DNA of 64,000 bases from Thermoanaerobaculia bacterium. Its GTDB lineage: Bacteria > Acidobacteriota > Thermoanaerobaculia > Thermoanaerobaculales > Sulfomarinibacteraceae. The notes beneath the pieces were generated by a model, which ran no database searches, was not told where the DNA came from, and saw nothing but the letters and a program-made list of their open reading frames with translations. This document shows, in pieces, positions 49,328 through 58,300 of this stretch (the first letter of the stretch is position 1; each line of letters opens with the position of its first letter). The stretch is taken from contig JAMOWA010000007.1 in assembly GCA_027061805.1 (NCBI GenBank), positions 658 through 64,657 of the forward strand, given 5' to 3'. The position numbers and the translations under genes are program-made.

Positions 49328-52300
49328 TCAGAATCTCCGGAGCACCATCGGGCCACATCCCAGCAGGAGCAGCACCAGGACCACCGTCCCGAAACCACCC
49401 AGCATGGGGATGGGCACGCCCTGGATCATCACCACGGTGGGGTCGTCGTCGGGATCCGTGGCCGGGTCGTCCGAGACCACCTCCCGATCGCCCCCGAGGC
49501 TCAGGGTCGCCTGGTTGGCCACGCTCCCCTCGCCCGGGACCTCCGCGGGATGGGTGCGGGTCCGGAAGACCAGGGTGGAGCTCCCGCCCGCGGGCACGGG
49601 CGCCATGGAGACGTTGAGCGTCCCGGACACCACGTCGTAGCTGCCGGAATCTCCGTCCGCGTCATCGGTGAGCGGCACGCCATCCAGCACCATGCTCCCG
49701 GCAACGTAGCCCAGGCCCCGCGGGATCCGGTCCACCAGCGTTGCCGGGTCGGCGGCCAGGGTGCCGCTGTTGGTGGCGGTGATGGTCCAGGTCACCTCCT
49801 CGCCCGGCAGGAAGACCTCGCCGTTGGGCGGCGGGGAGGCCGTCTTCACCAGGTCCAGGTTGCTGTACAGCACCGTGGTGGTCTCGTCGTCGGTATCGTT
49901 GGACGGATCGGTGTCCCCGACCTCTCCCGAGACCGTGGCCGAGTTGGCCAGGGGACCCCGCTCGCCCCATGGCACCCCCACCACGATCTCCAGATCCTGC
50001 GAGCTGCCCGCGGGCACCGTACCCACGGTGCAGGTCACCGTCCCGCCGGCCTCCGTGCAGCCCGGCGACGCGGACACGAAGACGACCTGCGGCGGCAGGA
50101 CGTCGGTGATGACGACGCCGGTGGCATCCGAGGGCCCTGCGTTGGCCACGTGGAGGATCCAGGTGAGCTCCTGACCCTCCTCCACCGGGTCCGGCGAATC
50201 GGTCTTGAGGAGGGCGAGGTCCACCTCGGCCAGCACCACGGTCGGCTCCGTGTCCGCGTCGTTGTCGGGCACGGGATCGGTGCCGTCGCCGCTGACGGTG
50301 ACGGTGTTGGTCAGGGTGCCCGTGGCTGCCGGGTCCACCTCGGCCGTCAGCGTGATCCCCGCGGTCCCCGAGGGCGCAAGAACCCCCAGGGTGCAGGTGA
50401 CCACGTTGCCCGCGGTGCTGCACGAGCCCTGGCTGGGTGTGGCGGACTGGAGCGTCACCCCCGAGGGCAACGTGTCCACCACCGTCACGCCCGTGGCGGT
50501 GGAGGGACCGTTGTTCACCACGGCAAGCGTGTAGGCAAGCCCCGTGCCCGCCACCACGGGATCGGGGAGGTCAGTCTTGGTCACGCCCAGGTCCGCGGTG
50601 GACACCAGCACGTCCACATCGGTGGAGGTGTTGTCGTCCGGATCGGGGTCGACCATGCCCGGAGGCATTGTCACCGTGGCCGTGTTGACCAGGTCCCCGG
50701 TGGCGTCGGGGGCCACCGTGGACGTCACCGTGTAGGTGAGGGTGCCGCCCTGGGGGATGGAGACCACGTCGGTGATGTTCCCCGTCCCGCTGCCGCACGT
50801 GGCTCCGGCCGAGGCCACGCAGCTCCAGGAGGGGGCCAGCAGCGTGGCGGGGAAGACGTCCGTGACGGTGCCCCCCACCACGTCACCCGGGCCGGCATTG
50901 GCCACCACGATGGTGTAGGTGAGCGGCGTTCCGGGCACGGCGGTGGTGAGCCCGTCGTCCTTCACCACCGAGAGATCCGCCTCGGGGATGAAGTCCACCG
51001 TGGCATCGTCGGTATCATTGGTGGAATCCGTGTCCTGCGACGTGGTGGACACCGAGGCAGTGTTCACGATCGGGTCCACCCCCGCGTAGTCCGTGGGAAC
51101 CTGGAAGCTGACCCCGACCGTGACGGCCGAACCTGCGGCCAGGTCTCCCAGGGTGCAGGGGAAGCCGCCGGTGCAGGGTGCCGAGGCCTCCACGAACACC
51201 AGGCCCGGCGGGGTGGTGTCGTCCAGCACCACGTCGAGCGCGCTTCCCGGCCCATGGTTGACCACGGTGAGGGCGAAGGTCAGGGTGCCGCCGGGGTAGG
51301 CCCGGGCCGGGCCGGCCTTCACCACGCCCACATCGGCCGCCGGGGCACCCAGGCCAGTGACCACTGCATCGTCGTTGTTGGTGGTGTCCGACTCGGGCTC
51401 GGTGCCGCTCACCACCACGCTGTTGGCCTGCGGCCCCGCCGCGGCCAGATCCACGTGGGCCGTGATCTCACAGGTGGCGGAGCTTCCCGCCGCAAGAGCA
51501 CCGATGTTCCAGACCCCGTCCTGGAAGTCCCCTCCACAGGTGTCGGCGAGCCAGGTGACGTCACCGGGGAAGGTGTCGGTGGCCGCGACGCCCGTGGCAT
51601 CACCCGGCCCCAGGTTGCTGACGGACACCGTGTAGACAATGTTGTCCCCCGGTGCGGCTGCCACCGGCCCCTGCTTGTCCACGGTGAGGTCCGTGGTCTC
51701 GGCCCCGATGGGCGTGGTCACGGTGCTGGAGTCGTTCCCCGGGTCGGTGTCGGCGGTGTCCGTGGACACCGTGGCCGTGTTGACGATCTGGGAGCCTCCG
51801 TGGCCCATCGGAACCTGGAAGGTCAGGCTCAGGTCCATCACGTCGCCGGGATCCAGGTCACCCAGCGTGCAGGGGAACCCAGCGGTGCATGGCGCCGAGG
51901 CCTCCACGAACACCAGGCCCGGCGGGGTGGTGTCGTCCAGCACCACGTTCTCCGCCCCATCCGGACCGTTGTTGACCACGTGGAGGCCGTAGGTGACCGT
52001 GGAACCCACCGCCGCGGAGGGCGGGCCGGCCTTCAGCACGGCCACGTCGCACTCCGGGACACGGTCCACCGCCGTGGCAGCGTCGTCCGCGTTGTCCTCC
52101 GGCCGCGGGTCCGGTGTGTCCGAGGACACCGAGGCCGTGTTGAGGATGGGGTCGGCCCCGGCGTAGTCCGCGGGCACGTGGTAGGTGACAGTGAGGCTCA
52201 CCGACCCTCCCGCCGGGAGGTCACTCAGCGCGCAGGGAAACCCACCGACACACGGTGCCGCGGCCGCCACGAAGACCAGGCCGCCCGGCGTGGGGTCGGA

Positions 52301-55300
52301 CAGCACCACGTTCACCGCGTCCGACGGACCGGTATTGGTGACCATGATGGTCTCGTCCAGGTCCGACCCGCGGGCCACCGTTGCCGGGCCCGTCTTGATC
52401 ACCGCCAGGTCGGCCAGGGTGGTCACCGTGGTGTCCTCGCTGTCGCTGTCGTTGTCCGGTACGGGGTCCGTCTGGTCGGCAGTGACCGTGGCCGTGTTGC
52501 CGAGGGCCCCGGTGGTGCCGGGATCCACGGTGACCACGATGTGGAAGGTGACGGAATCGCCGTCGGCCAGGGTGGCCGTGGTGCAGGTCACCGTTCCCGA
52601 GCTCTCGGTGCAGGCCGGGTCCGCCGAGACAACGGAAACCCCCGCGGGCAGGACGTCGGTCACCGTCACGCCCGTGGCGTCAGAGGGACCGTTGTTGCTC
52701 ACCTCCAGGGTCCAGGTGAGCTGTTCCCCCGCGCGGACGGGATCCGGAGAGTCCGTCTTCACCACGGCCAGGTCGGCCTCCTCCACCACGGTGGTGTCCT
52801 CGGAGGCCGAGTCGTTGGCCGGAACCGGATCCGACTCGGAACCCGAGACGGCAGCCGTGTTGGTGTAGCTTCCGGCAGGGGTCCCCGAGGGGACGTCGCA
52901 CACCACGGTGACCGTGGCGGCATCTCCCATGGCCAGGCTCCCCAGCGTGCAGGTGACCACGCCACCCGCGGCCGAGCAGCTGCCCTGGCCCGGCACCGCC
53001 GAGACGAAGGTGAACCCGGCAGGCAACGTGTCGGTGACCACGGCAGCGGGTTCCGTGGCCGGTCCGTTGTTCGTCACGACCAGCGTGTAGGTGACCTGCT
53101 CCCCCGCCCGGACCGGGTCGGGGGAATCCGACTTGGTGACGGCAAGGTCCGCGTGGACCAGGGTGTCGCTGTCGGTGGCCTCGTTGTTGCCCGGGTCGGG
53201 ATCCTGCCCGTTGCTTCCGTCGTCCGCCGCCTGTGCGGTGTTGACCACCGTGGCCTGGCCCGGCGGGGCGGGGTCGTCCACCAGGACCGCGAGCGTGCGC
53301 TGCACCGAGGTTCCCGCCGCAAGACCGAAGGCCGGCCAGGTGACGATCCCACCGGACTCCGTCGCACCGTCCGAGGCGGAGACGAAGGACGTTCCCGGCG
53401 GCACGGTGTCGGTGAGAACCACGCCGGTGGCATTCTGGTTCCCCACGTTGGAGACCGTGAGCGTCCAGGTGACCGTGTCGCCCGGCCGCACCTCGGTCAG
53501 CCCATCGTCCTTGGCCACGGCGATGTCCGGGACGGCATCCAGGGGAACCACCGTCGGGTCGTCGTCGGCCGGGGTTCCCGGGTCGTCGGAGGGTTCCGCC
53601 GGCAACTGGTCGCAGTCGGCAGAGGCCCAGTTCACCAGCGTGTTCACGCCCGCCGCCACGGGGTCGGCCACCTGCACGTCGCAGGTGATGACCGCGGTGT
53701 TGCCACCGCCCGCGAAGGTGGCGTAGACCACCCTGATCGAGGTGTCTCCGGCCGTGTTGCCCGTGACCACCACGCCACCGCCCCCCGCCGTGACCGAACC
53801 GGTCACCAGGGTCAGGTTCGGATCGGTGATGGGATCGGTCACGGCAAGGCCCGTGGCTGTCCCCGGACCTGCGTTGCGCACCGAGATGCTGTACCGGAGC
53901 ACATCACCTGGCGAGGGCGAGCCCGAGCCGTCCAGGTCTCCCCCGGGCGCGATGGACCAGCTCTTGTCAAGCTCGATGGAAGGCAGGAGGAGCTGGGCTG
54001 TGCCCTGCACGTCGGGCTCCTCCCGCTCGTCAGGATCGATCCCCGGAAGGGTGGTGGCCACGGTGTTGTCCGCGGTGTTGGTGAGCGTCGTGGCGGGAGG
54101 GTTGGCCCCGCCGGGCACCGCCGCGGTGAAGACGAGGACCACCGTCTCTCCGGGTTCCACCGAGGAATCCGGCGGCGAGGCGTTCGGATCCGAGGCCATG
54201 GTCACCGTGGCGTCGCCAGGCGCCCCCACGACCGAGAAGGTGAATCCCACCGGCACGGAGACCGGCGAGATGCTGCCCGTGTCCCACATGGCGGCCGGCA
54301 TGGCGTCACTCACCACCAGGTCGTAGGCCGGCGCGGTGCCCGTGTTGGCCAGCGCCACGGTGAGCGTGACCACGCCGTCCACGGGGCCCGCCATGGATTT
54401 GGTCACGGCCATGGCCGGTTCCACCACGTCCACGCTGGCATCGTCGTCCACCGGCCCACCCGTGGCATAGGCGAGCGTGCCGAAGTTCACCAGAGCCACA
54501 CCGTCGGCATTGGCGGGCAGGTCCACGACACGGGCGGTGACCTCCAGGCGGATCCGGTCAGCCTCGTCCGCCACACCGTCCGCCGCGTTGGTGATGGTCC
54601 CGAAGTCGAAGGTCACGGTGTCGGCCAGGCCATCACCCAGGGCGTTGTCCGCAAAGACGGGCGTGCCCGGCAGGGAGGTGGTCAGGTTGGCCCCGATGGA
54701 GACCACCGTGGCCCCGATGGCCTCCAGCACGCCAGAGCCGTCGGCCTGCACGGCGTCGGTCACCACCGCACCCGAGGTGGTCCCCTCGGGAATCGCCACG
54801 GTGAGCTCGTAGGTGACCTGTTCGCCGATGGCAAGGTCCTCCCAGGCCGGATCGTGCTCGCCCGTGCCCGTGTCGCCCAGGCTGGTCACGCCCGTGATCT
54901 TCACCAGGGCCGGCGCGTTGATGGTGATGTCCGCGGTGTCCGTGTCCGTGACCGTCCGGTCGTCGGGACCGCCATCACCCGGGACCCCGGTGGGCAGGGT
55001 GTCCCAGCTCAGAAGGGCCGTGTTGCCGTAGCTCACGGAGGGCTCCACGGAGCCGTCCAGCTGGACGGTGTACTCGAAGATCACCGGGCTGTCGGCCAGG
55101 TCCAGCGTGCTCCAGGTGTAGGTCACCACCGAGGGCAGGCCCGAGGTGTCCTCCACGGGTGAAGGACCGCCCACCACGGTCAGTGAGCCCACCTGGTAGA
55201 TCTCCTCGGGGGGGAGGAGGTCCGCCACGGTCACATCACAGGCCACTGCGGAGGAGGCCGCCGTGTGCTCCACGGTGATGCGGTAGGTGATCAGGTCACC

Positions 55301-58300
55301 GGCATCACCGAAGGGCGTGGCGGGATCCACCACCTCCTTGGTGACCCGCAGCCGCGGTGCCGCCAGGTCCACGACGGCCGTGCCCAGCACGGGGTTGCCT
55401 CCCGTGTACAGGGTGGTGGCCGTGTTCACCAGGTCGTCCACCCCGCCCTGGTTCACCGGGACGTCGGGCACCACCGCCACCACCTCCACGGTGATGGTGT
55501 TGCTCCCCCCGACGCCGTTGGTGAGTGTTCCGAAGTCGAAGGTGACCCGTTCCGAATATCCATCGCCGTCGGGGTCGGTGGCCGTGCCCGTCGAGCCCAC
55601 GCCCAGGCCCGTGCTCGAACCCATGTCCGGGTCCATGGCCGTGATCCGTGAGCTCACCACACCCAGCAGCCCCGGGGCGGTGGGGAGATCATCCACGATC
55701 CGGGCGTCGGTGGTCGTGCCCTCGGGCATGGTGACGGTGATCTCGAAGGTCACCCGCTCGCCGATGGTGAGGTCCGGGTCGGGGTCGGTGCCCGTGCCCG
55801 TGGCGGGCACCGAGGTGGCGGTCACGGCCTTGGTCACGCCGGGCGCCGTGATGGTCACCTGGGCCTGGTCGGAGGCCGCACCGTCGCGCTCGTGGGGGTC
55901 GCCGTCGGCGGGGAGAGTGTCCCAGATGACCCCCGCCGTGTTGGTGATCACCTCCTCGGGCTGGACCGAGGAATCCAGGGTCACCTGGAAGGTGATCACC
56001 GTGGTCTCGCCGCGCAGGAACTCGTCCCACGCCGCGGCGATCACGCCGCCCGATTCCGTGCAGCTGACGGGAACCACCGTTCCCCCGGTGCAGTCCAGGG
56101 AGCCGGCCACGTAGCTCATCCCGGCCGGGATGGTGTCGTCGAGGCCCAGGTCGAAGGCCTCGGCGGTGGAGGCGCCGGCGTGACGGAGGTCCAACGTGAA
56201 GGTGATCATGTCGCCGGCATCCCCCGTGGCGGGGCTGGCCGACTTCTGCAGCGCGAGCACCGGTTCCACCAGCTCCACGTCCACCGTGGCGGAGGCCTGC
56301 AGACCGCTGCCGTACTGGAGGAGCGCCGTGTTGGTGAGCACGTGGCCGTCCGCGTTGGCGGGCACGTCCACGACCCTGGCCACGATCTCCACCACGATCC
56401 GGTCCCCGTCGTCCTCGACGCCATCCGGGTTGTTGACGGTGGGACCGTAGTCGAAGACCACGGTGTCCTCGATCCCGTCCCCCAGGTTGAGATCGGATGT
56501 GGTGATGTCCGGCGGATCATTGGTGACCGCCAGGCTGCCCCCCACGCTGACGGGCGTGGCCGATACCACCTGCAGCACGCCGGTGGCGTTGGCGGGCAGG
56601 CTGTCCGTGATCACGACCTGGGGGATGGTGCCCTCGGGCAGGGTGGCCGTGATGCGGTAGGTCACCGTCTCCCCGACCACCAGGTCCGTCAGCGACGTGT
56701 CGTGCTCTCCCGTACCCGTGGAGGCCTCCGAGGTGCTGGCCACCACCTTGGTCAGGTCAGGGGAACGGACCGTCACCGTGGCCGTGTCCGCTGCAGCGTA
56801 GTCGTCCACCCCTCCGGAACCGTCACGCTCCGTGGAGTCCGCGTTGTGGACGGACCGCTGTCCCGGTGAGCCCGGCAGACTGGACCACACCATGGAGGCG
56901 GTGTTGGGGAGTTGCTGGTCGGGGTTCACCGACGGATCCACCACCGCCTGGTAGGTGATCTGGCAGCTTGCGCCCACGGGAAAGGTGGACCAGGAGGCCG
57001 TGAGCGTGGGGGCCCCCGTGTCGTCCAGCACCGGGACCACGGTGCAGCTGCCGGCGGCAAGGCTTCCCGGCACGTAGGTCATGCCTGCGGGCACGGTGTC
57101 GCCGAGGAGCACGTCGTGGGCGTCCGCCCTGTCGGAACCCGCCGGGCCGGACACGGTGATCGTGTAGGTGATGGCGTCCCCGGCATCCGCCTCCGTGGGG
57201 GTCGCACTCTTGTCGATCATGATGGCCGGTTCCAGGATCCGGACCACCGGGGCGGAGACCGCTCCCGTGGTCCCGCCCGTCCAGCTGAGCCGTGCCTCGT
57301 TGTTCCGGGCACCGCCCTCCTGGTTGATCACCTGGTCGAGGACCACCGCACGGTAGACGATGGTGACAACCTCGTCCACGGTGTTGTCCCGGTTGGTGTT
57401 GACCACGTCTCCGAGGTCGAAGGTGACAAGTCCCCCGGAACCGTCCACGATCACGTTGGCGGGGTTCGTCCCGGTCCCGATGGGTGTTGCCACCGTCACG
57501 TCGGGGGACACCGTGAAGGCGAGCACGTCCACGAAGGCCAGCCCCCCGTCCAGGGTGTCCACGATGGCCGCGGCGGGCAGGGTGGCCTCGGGAACCCTGA
57601 CCACCAGCTGGTAGATGACGTATTCCCCGATCACCGCATCGTCGGCGCCATTGGCCGCGTCCACGATCTCCGTACCCGCCAGGGTCTTTTCCAGCACCGG
57701 CGAGGCCAGTGTCGCGACGGCACTGTCCGTGAAGTCGGCGGGATTGCCGGAGTCCACGTGGGACGGGCCGCCCTCCGTTCCTGCAAAGGACGTCACGCCA
57801 CCACCGTTCACGAGGAGCGTCTCCGGCACCAGGGCCGGGTCGAAAATCTCCAGCTGGTAGGTGATGGTGAGGACGTTGGAGCCCGCCACCGGGTCATGGG
57901 GCTGGCAGAGTGGCTGGCCACCGCTGTCGTCCAGGAGCAGGCCGTCGCCGAAGAGGTCTCCATCGTTCCCCCCGGGACCCAGTGGAGTCCAGGTGGGGAC
58001 GAACCCGTCGCCCCGCACGATGCTCAGATTCATCTGTGCCGGGTTGCTCCCGGGCATCCTCATCCCCGGGGGCATCACATCGTGGAGCGTGACATCGAAT
58101 GCACCCGATCCGCCCTGGTTCTCGATGGTGATGGTGAAGGTCAGGAGATCGCCCACGTCCACACCGGACACGTCGGACCGGGCCAGGTCCGGGTCGGCAT
58201 CGAGGTCCGACGAGGTGAGTGTTCCGGGACAGCCCCCTCCCGACAGCGGCGGATCGAAGGTCTCGTCGGGGTTGTCCGTGTTGCAGACCCCCTTGCGGAC

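Noticed and set aside
49319-55162. 1947-aa plus-strand ORF (also 56912-61108 as an extension of the barrel gene)
   Set aside because: Antisense shadow of the GC3-rich adhesin; His/Arg/Gly-rich with no motifs; the real plus gene starts at 61109 with an RBS
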